Assembly (NCBI GenBank): GCA_964643955.1
Contig: CAZXUO010000001.1
Coordinates: 78,314-142,313, forward strand
Reading direction: 5' to 3'
Origin: an uncultured Candidatus Saccharibacteria bacterium
GTDB lineage: Bacteria > Patescibacteriota > Minisyncoccia > Phycocordibacterales > UBA918
Length of the DNA: 64,000 nt
Below are positions 11,186 to 20,873 of the stretch, one piece after another. The notes below the pieces were generated by a model that did not search any database, was not told the DNA's origin, and worked only from the letters and a program-made list of their open reading frames with translations. Position 1 is the first letter of the stretch. Each line of letters starts with the position of its first letter. Made by a program: the position numbers and the translations under genes.

Positions 11186-11722
11186 CTACTGAATCGAGAC
11201 GAGCTCTACAAGAAAAACAAGTGATGAGTTGGGAAGAATACGTCCTACTTTTTCTGCACCATACGCAAGCTGCGCCGGCACAACAAGTACGCGAATACCT
11301 CCCTCTCTCATTCCTACAACGCCACGTTCAAAGCCAGCGATCATTTCTCCTTCACCAACCACAAAGGTAAGTGGCTCGCCGGTCTTGAATGTGTTATCAA
11401 ACTCCTTTCCGTCCTTGACCTCGCCCGCATAGTTTACGGTGATGGTATCGCCGGTACGGACCGTCTTCTCTGTCGTTGTCCCTACTACGACATCGTCAAC
11501 GATGAGCTTGGTGATGTTTCCAGCTGCATTACTTCCTGCAGAGAGTGCTTGTGCGAGCGCAATTTCCTGATTGGGGAGCGAAGAATCGACGATAATGACA
11601 TCATCACCTGATGGTCCCTTTTCAAACAATGGTGGCAAATAGCGAATACCCGCCAAAACGGCAATGAGGATTAAAAGGCTCGCTCCAATCCCGATAATTT
11701 CGTAGCGTGAAAGTGATCTCAT
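11186..11722 (-). CDS. FKBP-type peptidyl-prolyl isomerase with N-terminal TM
   Basis: VNYAG...FDN...GFERGVVGMREGG...LAYG...LVFLVEL. Confidence 0.9.
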   Translation of the reverse strand: MRSLSRYEIIGIGASLLILIAVLAGIRYLPPLFEKGPSGDDVIIVDSSLPNQEIALAQALSAGSNAAGNITKLIVDDVVVGTTTEKTVRTGDTITVNYAGEVKDGKEFDNTFKTGEPLTFVVGEGEMIAGFERGVVGMREGGIRVLVVPAQLAYGAEKVGRILPNSSLVFLVELVSIQ

Positions 11723-11757
11723 AATTAGTGCACTACTATAGCATATGTACCTTATTT

Positions 11758-12828
11758 TTACAGGGCAGAAAGCGCGTCATAGAGCTGTGAGACTTGCCCA
11801 TTTTTTATCGCATCAGCGACAGAATCATCGCTCCGCTCGGCAAGTGCATCAAGAAATATAGTTCGTTCTGCACGTGTCATTGGTCGTGGCGCGCTGCGCG
11901 TATCACTACTCGTCACCGGAATCAGTGCGTAGTGCACGTACTCATTATCAAAAGAGATAGAAACAGTGAGTCCTTCTCGCACTGAAGCCTCCCAATACTG
12001 ATCAAACACGAAGTTGCCGAGCGAGTAGAAGATAGGTGCGCCGCGATAGACTTCTATGTTCTGTACGACATGCGGATGGTGTCCAATAACCGCATCTATT
12101 CCCGCATCAATCACGCCGTGCGCAAATGCCTGCTGTGCTTTGTTGGCGCGGAGCTCATATTCTGCACCCCAATGGATATACAAAATCTGCATGTCACTTT
12201 GTGCTCGTGCGTGCGCAAATACATCTTCAAGAGACGCAATGCTCAGCATCGAGTATGTCGCATTTACCGGAATGATCGCGATGCGCACACCGTCAACCTC
12301 ACGGAACATAAGGTCAGTAATACTCGTCGTCTGGGGATTTCCTCCTGAAGCAAGTCCTGAAGCACTCAGTACTTCTTGTGTATGCGCATGACCGGCCGCT
12401 CCATAATCATATGCGTGATTATTTGCAAGGGAAAAGTCCGTAAAGCCGACGTCCTTAAGGGGAGGAATAAATTCTGCATCCACAGAAAACTTAAAGGTCA
12501 TCATCGGAGTCGGTGCGTGCTTCTCGGGAATACTTGCCTCAAAATTCCCCACCACCGCACTATGTTCTAGAAAAAGGTCACGTACTTCGCGAAACGGGTA
12601 GTACGCACCTTCAGAGCGCATGAGGCGCTCTACATTTCGAGCAAGCATCACATCTCCTACAAAAAGTATTCGCTCATCACCGTTGCGCTCCCCCGTGAGA
12701 GAAATAGAAGCAACTTTGGGCGCAAAGAAAAAAACTGCACCCGCTATGAGGATTACTATAATCCACGTTATTTCGCTTGCCGCAATTCGTACTAAGAGAC
12801 TGCGGGATTGGTCATGGCTTTTTGCCAT
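11758..12828 (-). CDS. CapA-family (PGA_cap) metallophosphoesterase-fold protein
   Basis: GDVML, GNFE, LANNHAYDYG, HWGAEY, GHHPHV, YSLGNFVFDQ. Confidence 0.9.
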   Translation of the reverse strand: MAKSHDQSRSLLVRIAASEITWIIVILIAGAVFFFAPKVASISLTGERNGDERILFVGDVMLARNVERLMRSEGAYYPFREVRDLFLEHSAVVGNFEASIPEKHAPTPMMTFKFSVDAEFIPPLKDVGFTDFSLANNHAYDYGAAGHAHTQEVLSASGLASGGNPQTTSITDLMFREVDGVRIAIIPVNATYSMLSIASLEDVFAHARAQSDMQILYIHWGAEYELRANKAQQAFAHGVIDAGIDAVIGHHPHVVQNIEVYRGAPIFYSLGNFVFDQYWEASVREGLTVSISFDNEYVHYALIPVTSSDTRSAPRPMTRAERTIFLDALAERSDDSVADAIKNGQVSQLYDALSAL

Positions 12829-12891
12829 AGGCTTGATTTCGCGCCATCATAGCACATTTCCACCATTTGTCTCCCCACTCGTCAACAGCGT

Positions 12892-13632
12892 TTAGAGCAG
12901 ACTATCTGCGTGTATATAGAACGGACCTATTTCAAAAAACCACATGAGGCCAAGGCCCACTCCGGCCGCAACACTTACCGCAAGGAGCATCGTGCCGATA
13001 GCAACTGCGATACGGCGGATCATGTGCTTCGGTTCTCGCTTCCGTACAACTTTTGATATTTGAAATGCTTGCGGATCGACAACAATATCCGTCCCGACAT
13101 ATTCCGAACGCCAAAACTTCCGCTGCTTTTTCTTAATAACAGGCGCTGCCTCACTTTTCTTTTTCTCCTTCTCTATCGGCTCTTTCTTTTCTTCTTTGCC
13201 TTTAGTCTTTTCTTTTTCTTCGTCATCTTCATCCTTCTCTTCGTCTTTTTCAACTCGCTCCTCTATGTCAACATCTTCGTCACCATGATCAGTCTCCTCT
13301 TCGGATGACTCATCGGTATCAGCATCAGATTCTTTTTTCTCCTCATCTTCCTCTTTCTCGTCGTCTCCTTCTTCATTGCCGCTTTCTACTGGCATTTCCT
13401 CTTCATCAGGATCGGCTTCTTCTTTTTCTTCACTACTTTTTTTATCATTAACTTCCCGCTCTTCTTTTTTCTCTTTAGAGACCTCTTCACAAATCTTGAG
13501 TGCAGCTTTTACTTCGTCATCAGACCAGCGTGCCTCAAGGAAAATAGTTTTAAGCTCGCTTTCGGGAGCACGCGCATCGAGATGATTGATGCGAAGAAAT
13601 GATTCGACGAGCTTACGATCAATGAGTGCCAT
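12892..13632 (-). CDS. Hypothetical protein with acidic low-complexity linker and C-terminal TM
   Basis: E/D/K-rich centre, hydrophobic C-terminus. Confidence 0.75.
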   Translation of the reverse strand: MALIDRKLVESFLRINHLDARAPESELKTIFLEARWSDDEVKAALKICEEVSKEKKEEREVNDKKSSEEKEEADPDEEEMPVESGNEEGDDEKEEDEEKKESDADTDESSEEETDHGDEDVDIEERVEKDEEKDEDDEEKEKTKGKEEKKEPIEKEKKKSEAAPVIKKKQRKFWRSEYVGTDIVVDPQAFQISKVVRKREPKHMIRRIAVAIGTMLLAVSVAAGVGLGLMWFFEIGPFYIHADSLL

Positions 13633-13634
13633 GA

Positions 13635-14675
13635 TTAGTCTCCCGAAGCTCTACGCGCGATCATGTGCTGACTATAGAGCTCAAGCAGTACCAAAAAGAG
13701 ACTGAGGATCGCTGGTCCGAGAATAAATCCAATCGGACCGAAGAGCGCGAGACCTCCGAGGACAGCAAGCAGGATGAGGAATGGATGGAGTGCGGCTTTA
13801 CGTCCCATGAGATAGGGACCGAGGAGGTTGTCGATAAGTCCTACCGCAAGTGTCGCCCACACCGCAAGCCCCGCCGCCATACCGAAGGTACCCTCAAAGA
13901 CAAGGTATGCGACTGCGGGAATAAATACGATTGATGTACCGACACCCGGGATCAGTGCGCCGACGGCTGCGACTGCTCCCCAGAGAATCGGCTGCTCAAA
14001 ACCAAAGACGGTGAGACCGATCGCAGTGAGTGTCCCTTGGATGAGTGCGACGGCGAGTGTGCCGAGGATAACCGAGCGCACTGAGCTCGCGAGCTTTGCC
14101 AAAATAAGCGTGTCCTGATCATCTGAGAGCGGGCTGAGGTAGACCACGTACCGCACAAAGCGTTCTCCATCGCGGAAGAAATAAAAGAAACCGATGATTG
14201 AAAGGAACAAGGTGAGAAGCGTCGATGCCGTTCCCGCAAAGATAGTGCCGATATGCGAGGCAACCCATCCCGCTGCTTGCTGCGCGTAGCTTGTGACATC
14301 GACTGAAAAAGAAGGCGCGACGGTCCGCACGAGCTCTTCGATACGCGCAACTGAGGTGTCTATTCCGAGGCCCTTGCCTTGACTCAAGCTCACATAGAGC
14401 GACAACGTCTCCGTAAACAAAAGATACCCGAGGAAACCAAGCGGTGTGAGCACCAAAAGTGTAATGAGGAGCGTCGTTACAATCGCTGCGATACTTCTGT
14501 TTTGTCGTGGCGTATATCGGAGCACCTTCCGAAAGACCGGATAGCTTACCGTCACAACCACCGCAGCAATAGCGAGCGCAGTAAAAAACGGCTCGATGAT
14601 CTGCCACATGAAGTATCCTGTTACACCGAGGATACCGAAGAAAAATACGTACTCGACAACGCGCGTATGTGCCAT
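13635..14675 (-). CDS. AI-2E family transporter
   Basis: Multi-TM; IPGVG, DNLLGP, FGPIGFILGP motifs. Confidence 0.9.
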   Translation of the reverse strand: MAHTRVVEYVFFFGILGVTGYFMWQIIEPFFTALAIAAVVVTVSYPVFRKVLRYTPRQNRSIAAIVTTLLITLLVLTPLGFLGYLLFTETLSLYVSLSQGKGLGIDTSVARIEELVRTVAPSFSVDVTSYAQQAAGWVASHIGTIFAGTASTLLTLFLSIIGFFYFFRDGERFVRYVVYLSPLSDDQDTLILAKLASSVRSVILGTLAVALIQGTLTAIGLTVFGFEQPILWGAVAAVGALIPGVGTSIVFIPAVAYLVFEGTFGMAAGLAVWATLAVGLIDNLLGPYLMGRKAALHPFLILLAVLGGLALFGPIGFILGPAILSLFLVLLELYSQHMIARRASGD

Positions 14676-14741
14676 GCCACTATCATATATAGTTTCAAAC
14701 CAAAAACATAGTGGAGAACTCACGCTGTGGACATGCGCTCG

Positions 14742-15638
14742 CTACGGAGTACTCAGATATTTTAGGAGCGCAGTGCTTCCCGCGAGGTTTCGTTCCCACT
14801 CGATCGTCTCATGTGTCGAGAGCTCTACGGTAATTGCGGGAATATCTATGGATGCAAGCCACCCTTCCGCATCACCGGTGATCTCATACGCATCAAAGGT
14901 ATCGACTGCCGGATACTGCGCAGCAGTTGCGTACGTATTCATCACTGCGCGCGTAGCGGGCAAAATCCCCTCCTCACACTCAGACGCATACACCGCATTT
15001 GACTGACTATGCCAAAAAACAACTGCAACAGGGTCATGCGCGAGTACGAAATCACGAATCGCTTGCGCTTCAGGCTCTGAAAAGGCAGAGGTGCCGGCAC
15101 TTACTATGTTTCCGCGCCATGTACTCTCTGGCTTCCATTTGCAATCAAAGTTTCTGTTGAGATCAACACCGTTTGCATTAAACCGCGCGGCCGCAGCTGT
15201 GACAGAATTTTCAACGACATCTGCAGTGGTGAACTGTCCTTCCTTTCCTGTGATCCTGTAAAGACCATCAGGATTTGCAGAGGGAATTACCGTCACACTT
15301 ACTCCCGCAGGAATGGTGGAAAGATTTTTGGCGAGGTAATCCATGTAGGTGTATGCGAGCAATACGCTATTCCACTCATAGCCCCCATGAATACCACCGA
15401 CAAAAAGCACACGCTTTGCGCCATCGCCGTACGTATACGCGTTGATATTTCTTCCTTCGACAGAAGTACCAACGACACTATGGCGGACTTCAGACTTTAC
15501 CGGAGTTTCAGGTACTGGTACGGGTGGCGGTATAAATACTTCTTCCTCACGAGTAAGAAAAAAATAGAGAGTACCCACGACAAGGCATACACTCACCAAC
15601 ACACCCCCGACGATCAGTTTTTTAGAAGACGGCGTCAT
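14742..15638 (-). CDS. Membrane-anchored M14 zinc carboxypeptidase (MpaA-like), catalytic residues intact
   Basis: GTSVEGR, IHGGYE, NPDG, NANGVDLNRNF, WHS, TVEL. Confidence 0.85.
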   Translation of the reverse strand: MTPSSKKLIVGGVLVSVCLVVGTLYFFLTREEEVFIPPPVPVPETPVKSEVRHSVVGTSVEGRNINAYTYGDGAKRVLFVGGIHGGYEWNSVLLAYTYMDYLAKNLSTIPAGVSVTVIPSANPDGLYRITGKEGQFTTADVVENSVTAAAARFNANGVDLNRNFDCKWKPESTWRGNIVSAGTSAFSEPEAQAIRDFVLAHDPVAVVFWHSQSNAVYASECEEGILPATRAVMNTYATAAQYPAVDTFDAYEITGDAEGWLASIDIPAITVELSTHETIEWERNLAGSTALLKYLSTP

Positions 15639-15643
15639 CAGTC

Positions 15644-16567
15644 TTAGTCTGCGTACTGCGCGAACAACGCCTTAATACCTTTCAAATTTTTATCCCACTC
15701 AACATCTTCGTGGTTGGTGAGAAGGACGCTGATTGCTGGAATATTTTCTTTTGCAAACCAGTTCACCATATCGCCCGTAATGTCGTAGAAATTGAATTCC
15801 TTATACGCTTTGTATCCTGAAGCTTCTGCATATGCGGTCGTCAGTGCCGCAGTTTCTTCAGAGACGCCGTTGTAGCAATTTGAAGAGAATACGCCTCCTG
15901 CTGCTGAGTACCACACCACAACGCCTGCAGGTGTATGCGCCTCTACATACGAGCGCACGGCCTTGCTTTCAGGCTCAGAGAAGACTTCACTTCCTCCACT
16001 TACCTTTGTGTTCTGCCACACACCTTCTTCTTTCCAGTCACAATCAAAATTTCTGTTGAGGTCTACATTGTTGCCGTTGTACCGGCCCGGAATACGTTCA
16101 CTGAGGACAGAAGGCACGTCAGCGAGTGCAAAGCGTGTGGTAGTGCCAGTTACTTTTTCGAGTCCGTCCGGATTCATGACGGGGATCACCGTTACTTTTA
16201 CATTCTCAGGGATTTCACTTTTATTTTTTTCAAGATAATCCATGAGCTCATAGGCGACGAGTACTGTGTTCCATGAGTAGCCTCCGTGAATACCGCCGAT
16301 GAAGAGGAGCTCCTGCTCACCTGTTCCGAAGTGGTATGCCGTAATATCGTGATTATCAGCGGATGTTCCAATCACTGTTTTCGTCTCGTCCTTTACTTCC
16401 TGTTGCTCATTGTTCGTCTGAGTTTCTGTAGATGTAGCTGTTGGTGTCTCTACTTGTTCTGTCTCCTTTTCGCGGAGAAATGTATCGAATGAACCTTTTA
16501 CGAACAAAAAATAACCAGCGGCCCCGAGTACGACAATAGCAACAAGCGCAATGATGGCAATTTTCAT
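15644..16567 (-). CDS. Membrane-anchored M14 carboxypeptidase paralogue, likely inactive
   Basis: NPDG and VDLNRNF retained, but IHGGYS, WYS and SVLL replace the ligand/catalytic residues. Confidence 0.8.
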   Translation of the reverse strand: MKIAIIALVAIVVLGAAGYFLFVKGSFDTFLREKETEQVETPTATSTETQTNNEQQEVKDETKTVIGTSADNHDITAYHFGTGEQELLFIGGIHGGYSWNTVLVAYELMDYLEKNKSEIPENVKVTVIPVMNPDGLEKVTGTTTRFALADVPSVLSERIPGRYNGNNVDLNRNFDCDWKEEGVWQNTKVSGGSEVFSEPESKAVRSYVEAHTPAGVVVWYSAAGGVFSSNCYNGVSEETAALTTAYAEASGYKAYKEFNFYDITGDMVNWFAKENIPAISVLLTNHEDVEWDKNLKGIKALFAQYAD

Positions 16568-16630
16568 ATACCCTATTCTACCACGTAAAAAACAACAAAG
16601 GCCGACTGAAAGTCGACCTTGCCTTCGTGC

Positions 16631-16789
16631 TTAGCGCGCGACCATTTCGGATTGCGCAAGTAGTGCGGCAGTCTCGATAGTGCCAAAAACGGCATTCGAG
16701 GCCTGAGAAAAACTTGCAAGCATTCCAGAAAATAGGAATTGCGCTATGAAAATAAACATGAGAAGGCCAATTGCTCGATTGATCTTCAT
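16631..16789 (-). CDS. Small membrane protein (52 aa), below the ORF-track cutoff
   Basis: MKINRAIGLLMFIFIAQFLFSGMLASFSQASNAVFGTIETAALLAQSEMVAR*; hairpin at ~16597-16620 downstream. Confidence 0.6.
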   Translation of the reverse strand: MKINRAIGLLMFIFIAQFLFSGMLASFSQASNAVFGTIETAALLAQSEMVAR

Positions 16790-16920
16790 AACATGAAGAT
16801 ATTGCGACCATGAACCATTCCTTCGAAAGAATGGCCTTGCTAATACAAGGATGGACGCCGAGCAAACCCTTCTTGTACTTAATCTATTTATATTATAGCA
16901 CGTTTATATCTATAAGTCAA

Positions 16921-18195
16921 CTATCCAATACGACCGCGTAGTTGCATCGCAGTATAGATGCGTTCCATGCCGATCCGGTAGGCAGCTTGACGGTACGTGA
17001 TTGAATCAGCTGCTACTTTGCGTGCAAGCGCACCGTACGCATCGAGCATAATGCGCTTGAGGCGTTCTGCCACTTCTGATTCAGTCCAATAATACTGCTG
17101 ACGGTTTTGCACCCACTCAAAATAAGAGACCGTCACACCCCCGGCATTCGCAAGAACATCAGGAATGATCGTGACGCCGCGCGCGGCGAGTGTTGCGTCT
17201 GCTTCAGGAGTTGTCGGATTGTTTGCAAGCTCGAGGATGAGGCGTCCCTGCACTTTTTCTGCGTTATCACTTCTGATTTGATTGTCGAGCGCAGCCGGAA
17301 TCAATACATCACACGCGATGCCGAGCACTGCTTCTGGAGGAAGAATCTGTGCGCCGTCTTTCGCAAGCATCGACTCGTCGCACACACTTCCTTGGCAGTA
17401 TAGCGACGTGACGCTTCCCTCACGCTTCGCCTCTTCAACACGATGCGGATCAAGACCATTTGGATTGTAAAGTGTTCCTTTTGAATCTGAGAGCGCGACA
17501 ATCTTGTAGCCTGCCATATGTAGCAGCTTCGCCATCACCGCGCCCGCATTACCAAATCCTTGAATGGCAACGGTTGTATTTTTTGGCAAAAGATTATGTT
17601 CTTTTGCATACGCATCGAGGACATAGACGCCGCCTTGTGCTGTCGCTGTATCGCGACCAATACTTCCGCCGAGCGCAAGCGGCTTTCCTGTAATAACTCC
17701 CGGTTCGCTTTTCCCTATTTCCTTTTCATATGCATCAAGCATCCAGCCCATGATCTCGGGTGTGGTGTATACATCGGGCGCGGGGATGTCGCGATCAACG
17801 CCGATATATGGCGCCATCGCGCGCGCGTATGCGCGCGCGATTGTTTCAATATCATTTCGTCCATACTGTTTTGGATCAAATGCGACACCGCCCTTTGCTC
17901 CGCCGAGGGGAATATTCACGACCGCACATTTCACCGCCATCGCCGCAGCAAGCGCCTTTACTTCTTCAAGGTCTGCATGCGGATGAAAACGAATACCGCC
18001 TTTATACGGGCCACGCGCATTATTAAACTGCACTCGGTACGCAGAAAGCTGCTCATTTCCCTTTTCTGTCTGTACCGAAAGCGTTGCTTCACGTACCGCG
18101 TCAGGCGTCATAAGCTTCTCTTTTGTTTGCTCATCAATCGAAAGTGCATCGAGCGCATCGCCAATGTGGTGTTTTACTTGTTCAAATGGTGTCAT
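16921..18195 (-). CDS. gdhA: Glutamate dehydrogenase (Glu/Leu/Phe/Val family)
   Basis: GPYKGGIRF, GGAKGG, DIPAPD, QGFGNAG, NAGGVTVSYFEWVQN. Confidence 0.95.
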   Translation of the reverse strand: MTPFEQVKHHIGDALDALSIDEQTKEKLMTPDAVREATLSVQTEKGNEQLSAYRVQFNNARGPYKGGIRFHPHADLEEVKALAAAMAVKCAVVNIPLGGAKGGVAFDPKQYGRNDIETIARAYARAMAPYIGVDRDIPAPDVYTTPEIMGWMLDAYEKEIGKSEPGVITGKPLALGGSIGRDTATAQGGVYVLDAYAKEHNLLPKNTTVAIQGFGNAGAVMAKLLHMAGYKIVALSDSKGTLYNPNGLDPHRVEEAKREGSVTSLYCQGSVCDESMLAKDGAQILPPEAVLGIACDVLIPAALDNQIRSDNAEKVQGRLILELANNPTTPEADATLAARGVTIIPDVLANAGGVTVSYFEWVQNRQQYYWTESEVAERLKRIMLDAYGALARKVAADSITYRQAAYRIGMERIYTAMQLRGRIG

Positions 18196-18237
18196 ATTTC
18201 AATATCGAGTTAGGACACTATTATATGCGCAAACTGT

Positions 18238-18279
18238 ACGACGCAAAAATGCCCGCGAATGCGGGCATTTTTGCGTCGT
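18238..18279. terminator. Strong hairpin/terminator
   Basis: acgacgcaaaaatgcccgc-gaat-gcgggcatttttgcgtcgt perfect stem. Confidence 0.8.
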
Positions 18280-18287
18280 TTCTCTCC

Positions 18288-18752
18288 CTATCCCTTAATA
18301 AACACTTCAAAATCTTCTGGGGTCTCGTTTGGTCCTGCAGGAATGAGATTAAGAATTGCAGGCTTGCCTTTGTACGTTGCATCAATCGATGCTCCTTCGC
18401 TTGCTGCAAAATCAACCTTGAAACGCTGTGCAGTCATTACTTGAGCACACATCTCGGAATTGTTAACGACTTCAAATGCTACGGTGACTTGCTCAGGCAT
18501 TGATTCACGGACAATCGCATCAGTCTCGAGCAGATCACACGGCGTCGGCATCATAATCTCGCCTGCAAGTGTGTGGGTGCCATTTATAAAGAAGTGCTTT
18601 GCATCAATGCGCATCGCATCTTCTTCGACGATTGGTTCTTCAGGCGCAGGCTCTTCTTTGATAAGCGACTTCTTGTATTCTGCAAACGCGAACATGCCGA
18701 GTACAATCAGTACAAAGAGTATCCCTGCAATAAGTAGAGCTCGAGTATTCAT
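18288..18752 (-). CDS. Membrane-anchored hypothetical protein
   Basis: N-terminal TM; PTPC...CAQV cysteine pair. Confidence 0.75.
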   Translation of the reverse strand: MNTRALLIAGILFVLIVLGMFAFAEYKKSLIKEEPAPEEPIVEEDAMRIDAKHFFINGTHTLAGEIMMPTPCDLLETDAIVRESMPEQVTVAFEVVNNSEMCAQVMTAQRFKVDFAASEGASIDATYKGKPAILNLIPAGPNETPEDFEVFIKG

Positions 18753-18803
18753 AGAGAAAAGATTACAGCCGCTAACCTCAGACGGCCATTATACCACGCG
18801 GAG

Positions 18804-19763
18804 CTATATGATGAGTGCGCCGCCAACGAGCCATGTATGCGCATAGAAAAGCACTCCAAGGAGTCCGAGCATACCGATACCGTATGCAATCTGTACGGGA
18901 TGCTGTCGGCGCCACTCGATAACGATAGCAAGTACAAGTGATACAAAGACAAAGACGGCGATGAGTGAGTAAAGAATCGCAAGCCACGCTGAAGGCTGTC
19001 CGAGCGCTCGCGTAAACAAGTTTGTCGCTCGTACCGGCTCTGATATTTCTTCGGCTGCTGCAGAAGCGGCCTCAGGAACACTTGGCCCATCGTCTGAAAT
19101 CACCGGTGTATCTTCAGCAGCGAGCACTTCTCCGACTGTCGACAAAAATGAAGGTGGTGCTTCTTGCGTATCATCGGCACGCGCAACAGGCGCAGGCACT
19201 GCACCTGCAGGTGTACCAAACATCTGCACTACAAAAATGGTGTCATACCCTTCGTACGTACCCTTTGCAGTACCGATGCCGATCTCGGTATAGCGATCAT
19301 GCATGATGTTTGCGCGGTGGCCCGGCGACTCGAGCCATGCATCAACAACCTCTCCTGAATCAAAAAAATGTACGGCGAGATTTTCTCCTGCATACGCATA
19401 CTTGTATCCTGCCTTTTCAAACCACGTCCACGGTGTCTCTCCGCGCGGACTCTCATGCGCAAAATAACTGTACGCAGCCATGTCCTCTGCTTTGAGGCGT
19501 GCCGCCTCATCGAGTACTGGATTGCGGCGCAGCGGGAAGTGCGCCTCAGCGACTCGTGATTCGTTGGTTAGATCAAAAACAACCGCAGGAATGACGTTTG
19601 CAGCAAGCCATGCCGAGTGTTGGAGAATAAGGACGTGGATGTTTGCAGCGGCAAACGAGATACCGACAAGCACCGCCATACCAGAGAGCGCGACGCGCCG
19701 AAGAATGTATGGTTGAAAATCATTCCGCGCATGAGGAATAAACGCGCGACGGAAAAAGCCCAT
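18804..19763 (-). CDS. CAP (SCP-like) domain membrane protein
   Basis: YFAHESP, AGENLA, WLESPGHRANI, EIGIG, VVQMFG. Confidence 0.9.
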   Translation of the reverse strand: MGFFRRAFIPHARNDFQPYILRRVALSGMAVLVGISFAAANIHVLILQHSAWLAANVIPAVVFDLTNESRVAEAHFPLRRNPVLDEAARLKAEDMAAYSYFAHESPRGETPWTWFEKAGYKYAYAGENLAVHFFDSGEVVDAWLESPGHRANIMHDRYTEIGIGTAKGTYEGYDTIFVVQMFGTPAGAVPAPVARADDTQEAPPSFLSTVGEVLAAEDTPVISDDGPSVPEAASAAAEEISEPVRATNLFTRALGQPSAWLAILYSLIAVFVFVSLVLAIVIEWRRQHPVQIAYGIGMLGLLGVLFYAHTWLVGGALII

Positions 19764-19798
19764 GTGAAAAGTATATCACTTTTCACATGGGCTTTTTC
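19752..19798. terminator. 21-bp-stem inverted repeat overlapping the CAP gene start
   Basis: gaaaaagcccatgtgaaaagt-atatc-acttttcacatgggctttttc. Confidence 0.7.
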
Positions 19799-19814
19799 AC
19801 AATACCGTGACTAT

Positions 19815-20828
19815 CTACTCGAAAAGTACCGGCAGTTCAAATGCATCGTCGTGCTCAGGAAGTCCTGATGGATTATCTTTTTTAAAGATGACCGCACCAC
19901 GACGATAAGGAGTGTCCTCGGGTACCGTAAAGGTAATGGTGCCCTCAAATGGCACGTACTCAGTCGTCATCCAGTCACCTTGTGCTTCTGCATAGCCCTC
20001 TCCAATAATGACGCCATCCCAATCAACGACAGTAATAGGAAATGAAGCTTCAAAATACCACTGGCCTCGCGCTTCTCCGCGCACCGTCATGGGTGAAGCG
20101 ACCATACCATTTGCAGGAGGCAACGATACCGCGATCAGATCTTTGTAACGCGATACCGGCTCGGCAGGTGTGACGATTGAACCCTCTCCAAAAGCATGTG
20201 CTCCGACCGAGACCTCAAGACGCTTCGGCACAGTTGGTGGCATCGCCATCGCATCTTCTTCGCGACGGTCTCTAAAATCAACGCGCGCAGTGTACATTTG
20301 CTCTGCGCCATCGATCGATACCCCGTCAATCGCAATACGATCGCCGAGTAGGTAGCTGTCACGCAGCACAAGTGCATTCGTACCTTCACGCGCAAAGAGA
20401 CCAAGTGATGCAAATGATCCGCTGCCGCCATAATTTGCAAAATATGGAATGAGGACATCACCAGATGCTTGTTGGTACGCAACGTGCATGTCGATAAGTA
20501 CCACATTTCCGGTACCTGCCGGCTCTACCTCAAAATCAGAAGAAAAGGGCTGACCTGATGAGGGATCGCGCGTAAGTACGATCTCGCGCTGTGGGGTATC
20601 CTCAAGCGCCATGGTGATAGTAGAAATATCAGAGAGCGAAAAAGTCGCTGGGTATTCTTGCTCAGGACCCCCATCGCGCGGCACACATTTATTTTCCGTA
20701 TCACTCCAGATGGTTGTCTCGTCACTACAGCAGTTTGTGCACGTAAAAAGACCAACGAGTGTGTCGCGATAGACATATGCAAGTATGCCCGCTGCTACCA
20801 AGACAACAAGAATGATGATTTTCTTCAT
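19815..20828 (-). CDS. Exported protein with C-terminal Gmad2-type Ig-like domain
   Basis: GEARGQWYFEASFP...WMTTEYVPF...KDNPSGLPE. Confidence 0.85.
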   Translation of the reverse strand: MKKIIILVVLVAAGILAYVYRDTLVGLFTCTNCCSDETTIWSDTENKCVPRDGGPEQEYPATFSLSDISTITMALEDTPQREIVLTRDPSSGQPFSSDFEVEPAGTGNVVLIDMHVAYQQASGDVLIPYFANYGGSGSFASLGLFAREGTNALVLRDSYLLGDRIAIDGVSIDGAEQMYTARVDFRDRREEDAMAMPPTVPKRLEVSVGAHAFGEGSIVTPAEPVSRYKDLIAVSLPPANGMVASPMTVRGEARGQWYFEASFPITVVDWDGVIIGEGYAEAQGDWMTTEYVPFEGTITFTVPEDTPYRRGAVIFKKDNPSGLPEHDDAFELPVLFE

Positions 20829-20873
20829 AGATATTAGTATACCGGCCTACCCATGGGATAGCCACTTACGTCA

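Noticed and set aside
16578-16865. 95-aa ORF
   Set aside because: Implausible composition; the 52-aa ORF in another frame fits better
19740-19763. RRAF at the CAP protein N-terminus (and RRFL in the YciB-like protein) as Tat signals
   Set aside because: No proper h-region and cleavage site following; these are ordinary membrane proteins
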